A stretch of DNA of 64,000 bases from a virus (taxonomy: Duplodnaviria; Caudoviricetes). This document shows positions 38,328 through 49,117 of this stretch, in pieces (within the stretch, counting starts at the first letter, position 1; each line of letters begins with the position of its first letter). The notes under the pieces were generated by a model. That model was not told where the DNA came from and did no database searches. It was given only the letters and a program-made list of their open reading frames with translations. The position numbers and the translations under genes are program-made. The DNA lies in IMG/VR virus record IMGVR_UViG_2885360797_000005, one strand, 5' to 3'.

Positions 38328-38533
38328 CGCTTCCGGGTGATTTTTACGATGCCATCACACGGAGGAACAAGGGGCGTAAGGCAAATGTGGCAAGCGGAAA
38401 GAAAGAGACGGAATACCCAATTTGGCACAAATTGCGGAAGGCTGCCGTCTGCTTTCCGTGCAGACAAGAGCAGCGGCATTTGCTGTCGGCACCGCCCTCC
38501 GTTACTTTGTATCGGGAAATAGAACCGGGAGCG
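38328..38533 (+). promoter_or_regulatory. Long imperfect hairpin 2: putative ssDNA promoter
   Basis: Nested inverted repeats; TTTG(38479)-N19-TTACTTTG(38502-38509); shares GACGGAATACCCAA and GGAAGGCTGCCG with hairpin 1. Confidence 0.65.
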
Positions 38534-38639
38534 CGGATGACCGAATGAAGATAACAGGCACAAAAATCCCCGACACCCTTGAACCTTGCGGTTCCCGGAT
38601 GCCGGGGCAACACATTATGAAAGAGGAAAAATATATTTT

Positions 38640-39176
38640 CTACATCAAAGGAATCTCAAAAGACTTGATGACACAATGAGCCTCTTTGTCTAATATGAAC
38701 CAGTATTCGGAATGATAAGGCTTGCCATTGGCATCAACATTTTTGTATTCAATCTTGACTTTCCAACCGGTAAATGATTTTTTGACATTATCATTTGACT
38801 GTGGAGTCATAGAACGAATTACCGACATCGCCTCCATCTGACGCTCCATCAGTCCGGCAATCTCCTTGTCGTCAGGATTGAAGTTCTCCAACCCGTCAGT
38901 CAGTATCATCACCTTCTCGTTGATTTTCATCATCGCCATAGAGAGAATCATCTTCTCGTCCATCGTAATATACTCCCTGCCAAACACGGAATCCGGCTGG
39001 CTGATACCGATAATCTTGACAGCTTTCGGATTATCCACCGAAGCCTTCAATGCCAGTTCAGCCACCTCGACGGCACGCTTCTTCGGATTATAACCACGGA
39101 AAACGAGATAACCCACAACGCCCCAAAACAGAATAATCGAAGCCAATATAATGGCTAATCTTGTACCCGGTCTCAT
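38640..39176 (-). CDS. Membrane-anchored hypothetical protein
   Basis: N-terminal TM helix; stop/start overlap with the upstream gene. Confidence 0.75.
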   Translation of the reverse strand: MRPGTRLAIILASIILFWGVVGYLVFRGYNPKKRAVEVAELALKASVDNPKAVKIIGISQPDSVFGREYITMDEKMILSMAMMKINEKVMILTDGLENFNPDDKEIAGLMERQMEAMSVIRSMTPQSNDNVKKSFTGWKVKIEYKNVDANGKPYHSEYWFILDKEAHCVIKSFEIPLM

Positions 39177-39724
39177 ATCTTCACAATTTGGAGTTTGTCA
39201 GGAGAGACACCCAGACGCTTGCGGTACACCGAACCGTCCTCACGATACATCTCCAGTTCATTAGAAGTGATGCCTTTCTCACAAAGTTCCTTGGCTTCAG
39301 CCAAAGTTACCTGATGCCCACCGATATTTCGCCAGATGGCAAACGAACAGGGAGATTCCTGATTGCCATAGTTGGAACAGTTGAAGGCACGACTTCCCAC
39401 ACGGATTTCACCGCCACAATGAGGACATTTACCGATAACCGCCTGCATATTGATGTTCCCGTCATCAGCCAGTTCAAGTACGGTAGGAAAGGCTTTTCCT
39501 TCCTTGCTGGTGAAGCCATCCAATAGAACGGAACGATTGGTAAGCAGTTCTGCTATCTCATTATCCGCCATTTTACGGTTGCCAAGAATGGCATTGATGT
39601 TCAGCACACACGAGGGATGTTCTCCCATATTATTCTCGCAGCGATAACCCTTGCAGGTCTTCACTACGTTGCCGCCACAAAAGGGGCAACGACCAATGAT
39701 TTTCTTTTCTGTTGTCATTGTCAT
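39173..39724 (-). CDS. Stand-alone topoisomerase III C-terminal Zn-ribbon repeat protein
   Basis: Two GxCPxCGG...CxN...C.F.I repeats with GF.SK.GK.F. Confidence 0.8.
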   Translation of the reverse strand: MTMTTEKKIIGRCPFCGGNVVKTCKGYRCENNMGEHPSCVLNINAILGNRKMADNEIAELLTNRSVLLDGFTSKEGKAFPTVLELADDGNINMQAVIGKCPHCGGEIRVGSRAFNCSNYGNQESPCSFAIWRNIGGHQVTLAEAKELCEKGITSNELEMYREDGSVYRKRLGVSPDKLQIVKI

Positions 39725-39789
39725 ACTATTTGAATGTTGATTATACGTTATTTGATTATTATTCTAATTGAGTTCTAAATCCATTCGAT

Positions 39790-40542
39790 TTACCATTTAA
39801 GCAAGTAGCCTTGATTCCATTCCGACACAATGCCGTCAATGATATTTTTGCCAGACATCACACTTGCCCAACCCTCCGGGTCAAGAGAGAACCAGAGGTC
39901 ATTCCAGGATAAGGTACGAACCTGCCATGCCAATATGAATAAATCCGTGTTGATGGCTTCCAGTCGGGTCACCACCTCATTGGCGATATAGTACCGCTCG
40001 GAGGAGTTGAGCAAGTTCACCTTGTGCTTCTCGTTCTTCCCGTCCCCACCGGGCACGTTGTAACTGCCCGAAGTCACTAACTGTTTCATGAACGGATAGA
40101 GAGCCGCCATCTGTGTTGCCGCATCCGTCAGCTCGTCCGACACGATGGCAGCGATAGCCGTACCTTTCAGATTATGCCCGACAGATTTGGTCAACAGGCT
40201 GCAGTTCTTTGGTATCTCAGTCGTAACCAATTCCCCTGCACGTTTAATCTGGTAGAGGTTCTGCATCGCACCCTGCGCATTGGAGAGGTATTCCAGCATC
40301 TTGTTCTCCACAGAGTGAATACGGTCAAGGGCCAAGGTCACGGCTGTCTCGGCAGCGATAATCTGTTCCTGTCTTTTCTTACGTTGCTTGTGGATATTCT
40401 TCAATTCCACCGTCTGGGCAATCACCGCACCCGTCAATGCCGGGTCGGTCTGCTGGGCAAATGTAGGCAAGCCGTTCATCAGGGAAACTGATAGAATGGC
40501 CAATGCCGCCACTTTTGATTTTATTCTTATCATATACTTCAC
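39790..40542 (-). CDS. Secreted helical conjugation-associated protein (paralogue of 55357..56097)
   Basis: Signal peptide; ER...AN and DPEGWA...W motifs. Confidence 0.7.
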   Translation of the reverse strand: MKYMIRIKSKVAALAILSVSLMNGLPTFAQQTDPALTGAVIAQTVELKNIHKQRKKRQEQIIAAETAVTLALDRIHSVENKMLEYLSNAQGAMQNLYQIKRAGELVTTEIPKNCSLLTKSVGHNLKGTAIAAIVSDELTDAATQMAALYPFMKQLVTSGSYNVPGGDGKNEKHKVNLLNSSERYYIANEVVTRLEAINTDLFILAWQVRTLSWNDLWFSLDPEGWASVMSGKNIIDGIVSEWNQGYLLKW

Positions 40543-41723
40543 ATTTTAAGACCTGCATTTCTGCGTTCAGTCAAGTTGTGTTCACGTTCCTCTTTATGCG
40601 GAGAGATTATCGGCATCATCGACTTGTTCATCAGACAGTCGTTCCAATCCTTGAAAGCCTTGGGTGGTAGCCATTGACCCATCTTGTAACGAATGGATAG
40701 TTTCTCGCTGACCTGTGCCGTTAAAGAGCGTTCCGTATTCAATTCAAAGGACTTTCCTTTGGCTTCAATAGAAAGAACATCATCCTTTTTACTGATTTTC
40801 ATTGGAATATCCTCCAGTATCGCCATCATACGCAATCCATAGATACGTCCGGCTAAATCATTGTCGAAACAGTCAAACGCCCTCGCATTAGGGAAACGTG
40901 CCATAGTCTCGGTTATCTGCTTGTCAGAGAACGTACCACCCAATGAGACCAAAGCCACATCCGTACCTAACAGTATCTTGTTCATTTGATAGAAAGCCAT
41001 TGCATCGAAAGCTGACTCACAGAAGAACACGCTTCGTACAGCCTCACGATTGCCACCTGTCAGGTCTGCTACCCAAGCCGAAGAGGACGAATCCGTACCT
41101 GCCGCCTTTGATTTGTAACCGCCATAGCCACGAATCTCGTAGCCGTTGGCTTCGTCACTATGTCCGTTGGTATAAGGAAAACCGATGTTGTAACCGTCAA
41201 ATTTTCCGTTCCGCTTATCTCTGACAAGAAAAATAAAAGATGAAAGTTCTTTCACGGTATCATCCGAAATGCCCCGTTGGGAGAATAGTACCGGTATTTT
41301 GTTGGTATCAATCGGCTTTACTTCATAGCGTGATTCATCAAATACGGCATCGTGTCTGACAGATTTGATATACTCTCTATCTTCCCGGTATTCGGGTTCG
41401 GGCATATTGGCAAAGCGTGCCATTACTTTGGCAATCTTCTGCCAATCGTCCTTACCCGATACCAAGAATGAATTGAGATTCTCACGGATGAGAGTGACCA
41501 CATCACCTTTGGAGCCATCCCTGCGGAAGAAAGTCTGAGCCGCCTTGTTATGCGGATGGCTTACAATGAGGGTGTCACGTCTGTTGTTGCCTTCGCCCAA
41601 TACCAGCTCGATATATTTGCCGACACCGGCTTTTCGGTCCAGACGGTAGCCCAACGTATAAGCTACGTCATCCACACCCACACGGGATTTCATGTCTTTG
41701 AAGTTTACTTTGTAATCACTCAT
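40539..41723 (-). CDS. TOPRIM-domain primase (TraP-like)
   Basis: RGIS, GFPY...GYEIRG, ESAFDAMAF, FDNDLAG, KDWND. Confidence 0.85.
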   Translation of the reverse strand: MSDYKVNFKDMKSRVGVDDVAYTLGYRLDRKAGVGKYIELVLGEGNNRRDTLIVSHPHNKAAQTFFRRDGSKGDVVTLIRENLNSFLVSGKDDWQKIAKVMARFANMPEPEYREDREYIKSVRHDAVFDESRYEVKPIDTNKIPVLFSQRGISDDTVKELSSFIFLVRDKRNGKFDGYNIGFPYTNGHSDEANGYEIRGYGGYKSKAAGTDSSSSAWVADLTGGNREAVRSVFFCESAFDAMAFYQMNKILLGTDVALVSLGGTFSDKQITETMARFPNARAFDCFDNDLAGRIYGLRMMAILEDIPMKISKKDDVLSIEAKGKSFELNTERSLTAQVSEKLSIRYKMGQWLPPKAFKDWNDCLMNKSMMPIISPHKEEREHNLTERRNAGLKM

Positions 41724-41746
41724 AATCGCTAAGATTTACAGAATGA

Positions 41747-43084
41747 TTACAAGCTAATCCCGGAACTTACCTTCTGACTTCTCCGCATAACTGTCAACTC
41801 CGGCTCGTATGTCTTACGTGCCGTCATATTCAGAAATGCCGACTTATCTTTTTGGTCAGTAAGCTGAAAGAACGTTTTTGCCGTGTCCTTGGTAACTTTC
41901 TTCAATCCCAACTCCACACCATTGTAAGAAGCACGGATGGCATAGTCACCGGAACGGGTCTTGATAATGGCGGCATTCTTGAAGGGAATTTCCTCATCAG
42001 CACCCAAGGGAGCAAAAGGGTCGTTCTTGGCAAGGTAAGGCTGTTCGCCCAATGCCAACCGTTGCTTGTCCACGTGGTCAAGTATCAAGTCTGATGCCTT
42101 GTTCACATCCGCCATGATGGAAACGATGAATTTCGGTTCCTTCTTCAGGACACCAATCCACGAATCCAGATAGGCTGCTGAGTTGTCCGTTATCTTGGAA
42201 TCAAATCCCATCGAATGGCTGATCATGGCAGCCGTCAGTTCCGCCACCAATTCCTCCTTCGCATATTTCGGGTCTCCGAACTTGCCACCCATTTCTCGGT
42301 TCAGTCGTTCAGCCGTCATGGTCGAGTGCGTCATTTCGTGGAGCATGGTGGAATAATACTCCATACCTCCGCGATAGATTTCCTCCGGTGTATTACCGAT
42401 GTTGAACTGCTCCTTCAAGGGAACAACAATCCGGTCTGCCAAGGGAGAATAATAAGCACCGTCCACCCGCTTGTCCGCCTGTATCGGGCAGAGCCACCCT
42501 TGGGTCTGTACCATACGGTCAAGAGCGGCATGGGCATACATACCTTCGGTATCTCGAAGCTCCGGTACTTTGAATTTATCCAGCAGCTTTTGCATACGTT
42601 CCGGCTGTACCTCTGCCAGATTGGTCTGCGCCACGTTATAAACCGGGAAAGCCTTGATAAAAGGTATCGCTTCCAAATCTTTCCGTTCCTCGCGGCTCAT
42701 GGCACGGTATTCATCCGAACTGATTTTCTGTCCGTTCTTGTCCTTCACCAGCATATCCCAATAGACCACCGGAAAGGCGTGTTCTCCTTTCAGTACATGG
42801 GCTTTGAGGTTATGCGCCTGCTTGAAGGTCAGGTAAACAGGGAGGTCATAACCATTCGCTGCCGTATGAAGTTGGAGGAACAACGAGTTGGAGCCGGAAT
42901 AGTTCCTGCCGCCCACGTTCTGCGGCAAGCCGGCATAACCCGATGCACCGCCAATCCAGCCTTTCTTCCAGTCGGAGGCTTTCATCTGCTCCATACGGTC
43001 AATCATCATCGCCGCAAACTTATCCAAAGCGACCTGACCGGCATTGCCCGAAGCTGATGGATTGTAATTAGTTCCAGATGCCAT
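41747..43084 (-). CDS. ardC: ArdC-family ssDNA-binding/zincin antirestriction protein
   Basis: YSGSN, YLTFKQA, V.KGE, VYNVAQT, LHEMTHST, YAKEELVAEL, YLDSW. Confidence 0.88.
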   Translation of the reverse strand: MASGTNYNPSASGNAGQVALDKFAAMMIDRMEQMKASDWKKGWIGGASGYAGLPQNVGGRNYSGSNSLFLQLHTAANGYDLPVYLTFKQAHNLKAHVLKGEHAFPVVYWDMLVKDKNGQKISSDEYRAMSREERKDLEAIPFIKAFPVYNVAQTNLAEVQPERMQKLLDKFKVPELRDTEGMYAHAALDRMVQTQGWLCPIQADKRVDGAYYSPLADRIVVPLKEQFNIGNTPEEIYRGGMEYYSTMLHEMTHSTMTAERLNREMGGKFGDPKYAKEELVAELTAAMISHSMGFDSKITDNSAAYLDSWIGVLKKEPKFIVSIMADVNKASDLILDHVDKQRLALGEQPYLAKNDPFAPLGADEEIPFKNAAIIKTRSGDYAIRASYNGVELGLKKVTKDTAKTFFQLTDQKDKSAFLNMTARKTYEPELTVMRRSQKVSSGISL

Positions 43085-43319
43085 AGTCCTCGTCGTCCAT
43101 TACCTGACGGTCCATCTGTTCGATGTCCGTCTGCTCGATATAAAACTCTGCGGATTCATCCGAGGGGTCTGTGCCGTGGGTACGGCACCACTCTAAATAA
43201 TCCTGTTCGTTCTCACTCTCCATGACAAAACGGAGATAACCGATTTTACCCTCCTGAAGGAGTTCCACCAACTCCTCGTGCTTCATTTTTTCACTCATAT
43301 CTTGTTTTTCTTTTATCAT
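43068..43319 (-). CDS. Small acidic hypothetical protein
   Basis: In the operon, overlaps the ardC start. Confidence 0.65.
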   Translation of the reverse strand: MIKEKQDMSEKMKHEELVELLQEGKIGYLRFVMESENEQDYLEWCRTHGTDPSDESAEFYIEQTDIEQMDRQVMDDEDYGIWN

Positions 43320-43339
43320 TAAATTGTTGTCTGATTGCG

Positions 43340-44599
43340 TTACCTTTTCATGGATGTAGATTTCTCCACCTTGACACTTTTTGCCGCAAGCATACCTGTG
43401 ATTTCCGTATTGAGATACTTGGCTGCAATCTGTTCCCGGGTGGCGGTCTTTGCCTTGAAAAGGGAATAGCCGTCATCGAAGGAGATTTCATGCTTGGTGG
43501 TGCGGCCTTTGTCGCCCATATCCACGGACACCTTCCACTTGTTGTCACCTCGGTCTTTCGCCACACGCACACCTTTCGGGTCTATGCCTTCGGGAAGCTG
43601 GTACTTCTCGTAGGCTGATTTCAGATGCAGACGCTCACCGAAGTTCTTTTCCACCAACTGGGCCGGAGTCATTACCCGGTCGAAGTAGGCATTCAAGTCC
43701 TGTCTTGAAGCGACTGCCGACATCTTGGAATCACCGATTTGCGCGTAGAACTTATACTTGCCATAGTCGGCACGCTGCTCATCCTTCTCCTTATAAACAT
43801 TGAACTTCTCCACGGAGATATTACCTTCCGGTCCGGCAATGGACTTCGGCATCTTGAAGGCTTCCTCCGAAACCTTGGGCATCAGCTTGGTGGGATAATA
43901 GCGTTCCATCAACTGAGGCACGGTCATTTCCTTCTTCTGGTAGGCGGCAAGGTCGGCAGCATCCATCCGCTGGGGCTTCAACTGCTTGCCGTCCATCTTG
44001 GCGGTGAAGTACCACTCTTCAGGATTGGCTTTGCTTTGGTAGGCATGGCCGTGGGTCACTTTCTCACCGGCGGCAGTTACCATTTGAGGCTCGCGCGGTT
44101 TGCGTTCCTGTTTCGCCTCGGCTTTCTGTTCACTCTTGGCTTCCACTTGTGTTTCCACCTTCTTTTCCTTGGCAGGTTTCTTCCCGGCTGCGTTCTTCAC
44201 AGTCTTGGCAGGCTCTTCCTGCACAACCTTCTCTTTACTCTTCTTTGTCATATCGATATTGTTTGATAGGATTGGCTCCTCATTCTTCCTTATTTTCTCT
44301 ACAACTTCAAGCCTGTCACAGATGGCGACACGTGCTCCGGCACGGATGAGTTTGGGCAGATAGGTGTCCAATACGGTTCTTGGAAACTCGGCGGTCTTTA
44401 TCTTCTTCTCAATGCCCGAAGTCAGTTTGTCCATCGTGGCTATACCGAGAATCAAGGCGGCTTTTACGGCATCTTCTTTGTAGAGTTTATAGAAGTCACC
44501 CTCCCGAAAAAGGAGCATCGCATCTGGATGCTTTGCCTTCAGATTGCTGAACTCTTTGGGTAGTCCGGCTTCCAGCTCTTTATCTGATTGCTTTGCCAT
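43340..44599 (-). CDS. MutS domain I fused to repeated C-terminal domains
   Basis: [18 protein letters not shown]...DA..AA.ILGI...[15 protein letters not shown]. Confidence 0.75.
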   Translation of the reverse strand: MAKQSDKELEAGLPKEFSNLKAKHPDAMLLFREGDFYKLYKEDAVKAALILGIATMDKLTSGIEKKIKTAEFPRTVLDTYLPKLIRAGARVAICDRLEVVEKIRKNEEPILSNNIDMTKKSKEKVVQEEPAKTVKNAAGKKPAKEKKVETQVEAKSEQKAEAKQERKPREPQMVTAAGEKVTHGHAYQSKANPEEWYFTAKMDGKQLKPQRMDAADLAAYQKKEMTVPQLMERYYPTKLMPKVSEEAFKMPKSIAGPEGNISVEKFNVYKEKDEQRADYGKYKFYAQIGDSKMSAVASRQDLNAYFDRVMTPAQLVEKNFGERLHLKSAYEKYQLPEGIDPKGVRVAKDRGDNKWKVSVDMGDKGRTTKHEISFDDGYSLFKAKTATREQIAAKYLNTEITGMLAAKSVKVEKSTSMKR

Positions 44600-44604
44600 A
44601 ACCG

Positions 44605-45390
44605 TCAGCGTTTAAATGTATGGCTTGTTTTTTCTTCACGGGAGGGTTTAAGGTGGATGGCCCGTTCCTTGGACTGGGCATCCACGACTTTTTGATATTC
44701 CCAACGGTTCTTGTCCGTCATTACCAGCCCCAGGTATTCAGGATGCTGCTCGTCATAACGGAGTTTTTGCTGCCGTTCCCACTCCTTCATATCGCCTTGG
44801 ATAACTTTGAAGCCTTGTGGCTCTTTCAAGTCCACGCCCACGGAAACTTTCTCACCGCCTACATTGAGTTCGATGGGCTTGCCTTCGCGTACCTGTTGCT
44901 TCTGCTGGGTGCCCAATTCAATGTCATTGACCTTTTCCATATCTTTGAGCTTCTGCTCCAGTTGGATGTCGGTTACTTTGCGGTGGATGACCGATTGGGT
45001 TTCCGGGTCTAATTGAAGATACTGCTGCGTTTTCTCACCGTTTACTTCCACGGCTTTTTGAAGCACCTCGCCATTCCGTAACCGTGCGGCTTCCTGCTCG
45101 GTCAAGCGGAGAACCTTGTTACGTTCCACTTCAAGTTCCGCTCTGACCGGATAGGCGATAAGAGCCGGATTACCGTTCTTGTCAGCCGTAAGCTGCAACT
45201 TCACAGGCAAGGTGATGATGTCGCCATTGCGGGCATGGATAGAGACCTGCATCAGCGGAGTAACCTCGCCTGACACCAGTCGCTCCTTTACCTCTTTGGG
45301 CAACAAATCCGCTTTCTCCTTGTCGATGCCCAATACTGCCAGCTTCTCGTAAGGCAGCATTTCGGATAGATTTCTGTTGTGTAATTCCAT
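44605..45390 (-). CDS. DUF4099/DUF3945-like ICE protein
   Basis: [11 protein letters not shown]...L.SG.VTPL pattern; tra-region context. Confidence 0.7.
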   Translation of the reverse strand: MELHNRNLSEMLPYEKLAVLGIDKEKADLLPKEVKERLVSGEVTPLMQVSIHARNGDIITLPVKLQLTADKNGNPALIAYPVRAELEVERNKVLRLTEQEAARLRNGEVLQKAVEVNGEKTQQYLQLDPETQSVIHRKVTDIQLEQKLKDMEKVNDIELGTQQKQQVREGKPIELNVGGEKVSVGVDLKEPQGFKVIQGDMKEWERQQKLRYDEQHPEYLGLVMTDKNRWEYQKVVDAQSKERAIHLKPSREEKTSHTFKR

Positions 45391-45474
45391 TTGAATGATG
45401 TTGAACTGTTAATTTTGCGGTGTCGTTACCGCTTGGATGTCACAAAATTATCTACATCAAATCCCAAAGAAGAA

Positions 45475-46095
45475 ATGCGCAACACTATTCTGACTGCAAT
45501 GATTCTGATGCTGATGCCGGAAATGGCATCGGCACAATTCTATACGATAACGAAAGAAGCTGAAATAAAGCAAATTCGAGCAAACGATAATGCAAATAAC
45601 ATTGATATTAAGGATAATACAGCACGAACAGAGCCTAATAAAGAACTGGAAGGCACATTAAAAGCTCAACCTGATATTAGAACAAACAAGCGTCTATGCA
45701 CCCGAAAAGTGGACGGTAAAACGTCCCAAAAATTCAAGCGAGTTAAAGCAAACGAGCTTCTCCCTGAATTAACCATCCCCAATCTTTATGCAGAAATCAA
45801 ACGGAACGGCATCCTATATCCGAAAGTAGTATTGGCACAAGCCATTTTGGAAACGGGCTGGTTCACCTCTCCGCTGTGCAGGAATAGGCACAACCTCTTT
45901 GGATTGACCAATCCGCGTACCGGGAAGTATTATGAGTTTGACCATTGGTCGGAAAGTGTACGTGCTTATTATACCAAGGTACAGTACAAGTACAAACGAG
46001 AAGATGGGAACTATCTGCTTTGGCTCAAAAAGATTGGGTATGCGGAAGCTCCCGATTATGTTCCGGCAGTTATCAGTGTGCTAAAAATGTTATAA
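45475..46095 (+). CDS. Glucosaminidase (GH73-like) peptidoglycan hydrolase, VirB1 analogue
   Basis: Signal peptide; AQAILETGW, NLFGL, GYAE. Confidence 0.85.
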   Translation: MRNTILTAMILMLMPEMASAQFYTITKEAEIKQIRANDNANNIDIKDNTARTEPNKELEGTLKAQPDIRTNKRLCTRKVDGKTSQKFKRVKANELLPELTIPNLYAEIKRNGILYPKVVLAQAILETGWFTSPLCRNRHNLFGLTNPRTGKYYEFDHWSESVRAYYTKVQYKYKREDGNYLLWLKKIGYAEAPDYVPAVISVLKML

Positions 46096-46771
46096 CGCAC
46101 CATATTAGCAGCAAGTGTACCGGATAGAAAGCATAAAATCCATACTTTGCGACATTGCCCTTGATAAATCCTCTTGCGCCATCGTATAAGAATATGGTCA
46201 TACAAGCCAGCAAAGCACCGATGCTGCCATAGTGCATCATCAATGGAAAAGCACAAAGAAGCTGCATCATTCGACCATAGGGAAAAGGAAGATTATCGTT
46301 TTGATTTCGTAACAGATTGAAAACTAAAATCATCAATATCCCTCGCCACTCATAATCCACTCCTGACCAAGTGGCAAGATAAGCAATAGAGAGAATAGCA
46401 ATCCCACAAAGGACGCTATTCTCTTTCAGTTTCTCCAGTACAGCCAAAGCCACCACACCCAAAGCCAACGTGAACATCACATTGTGCGTACCGTCCGCTC
46501 CATTCAACAGATACCAAGAGACTTCGCTGATAACGGCAAATACCAATAGCCGTGTAAAGTACCTCTTTCTGTTATGCGTATAAGCGAAGCCTTCCGCTAT
46601 CAAGAAGGCAAACACCGGGAAAGCGATACGACCAACACAGCGCATGGCCTCGTAAAGTGTAGAATTGTTATCCATCAGAAAATAAGCACAATGGTCTATT
46701 ACCATAGATACAATGGCGATAATCTTTAGTACACTACCGCTAAAAGTGGGTATCTTCGCAAGTCTTTCCAT
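46073..46771 (-). CDS. traX: TraX-family membrane protein (pilin acetylase-like)
   Basis: LKIIAIVSMVIDH, GRIAFPVFAFLIAEGF, FYAFYPVHL. Confidence 0.88.
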   Translation of the reverse strand: MERLAKIPTFSGSVLKIIAIVSMVIDHCAYFLMDNNSTLYEAMRCVGRIAFPVFAFLIAEGFAYTHNRKRYFTRLLVFAVISEVSWYLLNGADGTHNVMFTLALGVVALAVLEKLKENSVLCGIAILSIAYLATWSGVDYEWRGILMILVFNLLRNQNDNLPFPYGRMMQLLCAFPLMMHYGSIGALLACMTIFLYDGARGFIKGNVAKYGFYAFYPVHLLLIWCVITFLAH

Positions 46772-46773
46772 AA

Positions 46774-49083
46774 TCAACTCATTCCAAGCAGTTCCTTGAC
46801 CATATCCTCGACCTCCTGATTAACACGTTTGAAATTGCGGTTCAGCATTATCTCTTTCTCACGGTCATTCTTAAACTCATAGATTTTAGGGAGAACCACA
46901 TAGTGGTCTTCCTCCATCTTAATCTTCTTCATATCGAAGTGGGTCTTGCAGAAATACTTCGTGGTCTTGAACTCCTCCGACTGCTCAATGTCGAAGCTGT
47001 TAAGCATCTTGTCATCGGTAGCGGTAAAGTCACGTGCCGCCTGACCTGCCAGCCAACCGGTAGCCATGTCCGCTATCTTGGCTGCCGGAACAAGGTAGTC
47101 CATCTTCTCCGAGATGGTGGTAGATACCTTTTGGTCGTTGATGGAGATTGAGCGTGAGGTCTGCTTCGCCTTGCCGAACACGTCATTCTGTGCCCATTCC
47201 AATGTTTCCTTGTTACGAGCCGCCCCCATGAAGATATTACCGCAAGTGGTGATAATCTTCTGCATACCCACCTTGCCATAGTCCGCTTCCAACTGAGGCA
47301 ACTCTTGGAAACCCAATGTGACGGCTACCTTGTTGGAGCGTGCCGTACCAATCAGCCGGTCTATCTTATGGAAATACAGAGTGGGCAGCTCGTCCACGAT
47401 GATGCTTACCGGGATGTTCCCCTTAGAGTTCACTCTTGTAATCAGTCGGTTCAATACCAGAGCGTTCAGCGAACCGATTACCTGTTCCTTTTCCGGGTCG
47501 TTGGCTATGACTAAATAGCTCGGATGCTCCTTGTCAGAAATCTTCAAGTCGAAGTCATCACCCGTAAATACCCAATAGGCTTCAGGAGATACCAATCTTG
47601 CGGCATTGACACGAAGCGTACCAACCATACCTTCCAACTGGTCATTCGCCTTGTTCTCAAAAGCACTCTTGAAGGGAGCCATTAGTGAGGCTATCTTGTC
47701 ATCCTGCATCAGGATGTTGAACACCTGGTCGTAAGACCTACCAAGGAAGGACAATACGTGCGGCATATCAGAAAACTCGCCCGTAATGGTGTCCGGCTCA
47801 ACCTCATTGCCGTGTTCATCCTCATACCAGCAGCGTTCAATCTTAATCAACCTTTTGGTTCTGTCCTTATAAGAAAAGCCGTTCAAGTCCACAAACATCC
47901 TATCCTCATCCGTAGAAACATCATTGCCGTTCTCATCAACAAAGTCTAACACCACGTTTCCCTTATCGTCTATGGCATTGAAGTCATCCCAATTCCGAAT
48001 AACAATCTCCAGTTTCTTTCCCTCCAGTAGAATATAGCGTTTCAACTTCTTTCCGTTCCTGAACCCGACAGGGTGGAAGTTTACAAAGAAATAGATAATC
48101 GCTGCCAGGAAGTTCTCTGCCGAATTGGTGAAGAAGGCTTCCGAGCCGCCTTTCTTCTCGCCACCTCCCTTGTTCAAGGATGCCAGCAAAGTAGCAGCCG
48201 TTTCAGAAGCCGCCGCCAAGTCCGGGATATACTTCCGTTGAATAGGATTGATTCGGTCTGAGTATTCCACATCCGTAAAGTTGATGGTACGGAAACCACA
48301 ATTAGCTGGAAGCCTTCCGGCTTTCCGATTCTTGCAGAACTGATAGAAAAGCGTCTTTGCCAATGTCGGGTACTTGAAATCGTACACCATCATGGCAAAC
48401 CCTTTTGCGGCGTGTTGTCTTATGAACGGGTCAATGATACCGAAAGACTTACCCGAACCAGGAGTACCGAGAACAATCGTGCCACGGAACGGGTTGATGA
48501 TATTGATCCAACCCTTGTGCATCTTCCGTTTCCAATAGTATATCATCGGTATGTTTACCGAGTAGTCGTTATTGGCAAGCACTTCCGACTGTTGGAAGGA
48601 CTCATTCTCGAAATTGAAACGGTCATCACCAACCTTATAGTTGTAATACTTGGCGATGCCATCCAATCCCTGATGCACCAGCATGGTACCTACCACAGAA
48701 CATACGGCATAGAGAATACGATTGGCAGGGAATCCCATCCAACTCATTCCGAAGTCCATCTTGTGAAAGAGGAAACAAAGTCCGACAAGGGTCAATCCGA
48801 CTAATACAGGGTAGATGACCATTGTCTTCACATTGAACTTCAATGCCTTCTTCGCCTTTGTGCCAATACACACCACACAGATGCAGACCAGTTCCACCAT
48901 CTTGCAACCCGAAACGGACGTGAACACGGGGAATCTGCCTAACAGGTCAAGAATAAACTGCGTAATACGGTTATCTGCCGCAATGGGCAGATTCATAATT
49001 ATCTCAATGATGAGAAAGATGTAGATGCAGCTACGGAAGTAGTTATACATCTGCTGCTGTTCCCTTGTTTCTTCAAATGCCAT
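46774..49083 (-). CDS. Type IV coupling protein (VirD4/MobC-like)
   Basis: N-terminal TMs, GTPGSGKS, YDFK, VDELPT, ARSNKVA. Confidence 0.93.
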   Translation of the reverse strand: MAFEETREQQQMYNYFRSCIYIFLIIEIIMNLPIAADNRITQFILDLLGRFPVFTSVSGCKMVELVCICVVCIGTKAKKALKFNVKTMVIYPVLVGLTLVGLCFLFHKMDFGMSWMGFPANRILYAVCSVVGTMLVHQGLDGIAKYYNYKVGDDRFNFENESFQQSEVLANNDYSVNIPMIYYWKRKMHKGWINIINPFRGTIVLGTPGSGKSFGIIDPFIRQHAAKGFAMMVYDFKYPTLAKTLFYQFCKNRKAGRLPANCGFRTINFTDVEYSDRINPIQRKYIPDLAAASETAATLLASLNKGGGEKKGGSEAFFTNSAENFLAAIIYFFVNFHPVGFRNGKKLKRYILLEGKKLEIVIRNWDDFNAIDDKGNVVLDFVDENGNDVSTDEDRMFVDLNGFSYKDRTKRLIKIERCWYEDEHGNEVEPDTITGEFSDMPHVLSFLGRSYDQVFNILMQDDKIASLMAPFKSAFENKANDQLEGMVGTLRVNAARLVSPEAYWVFTGDDFDLKISDKEHPSYLVIANDPEKEQVIGSLNALVLNRLITRVNSKGNIPVSIIVDELPTLYFHKIDRLIGTARSNKVAVTLGFQELPQLEADYGKVGMQKIITTCGNIFMGAARNKETLEWAQNDVFGKAKQTSRSISINDQKVSTTISEKMDYLVPAAKIADMATGWLAGQAARDFTATDDKMLNSFDIEQSEEFKTTKYFCKTHFDMKKIKMEEDHYVVLPKIYEFKNDREKEIMLNRNFKRVNQEVEDMVKELLGMS

Positions 49084-49117
49084 ACGTTACTTTGTTTAAT
49101 CTAAAATTATCACTCGG

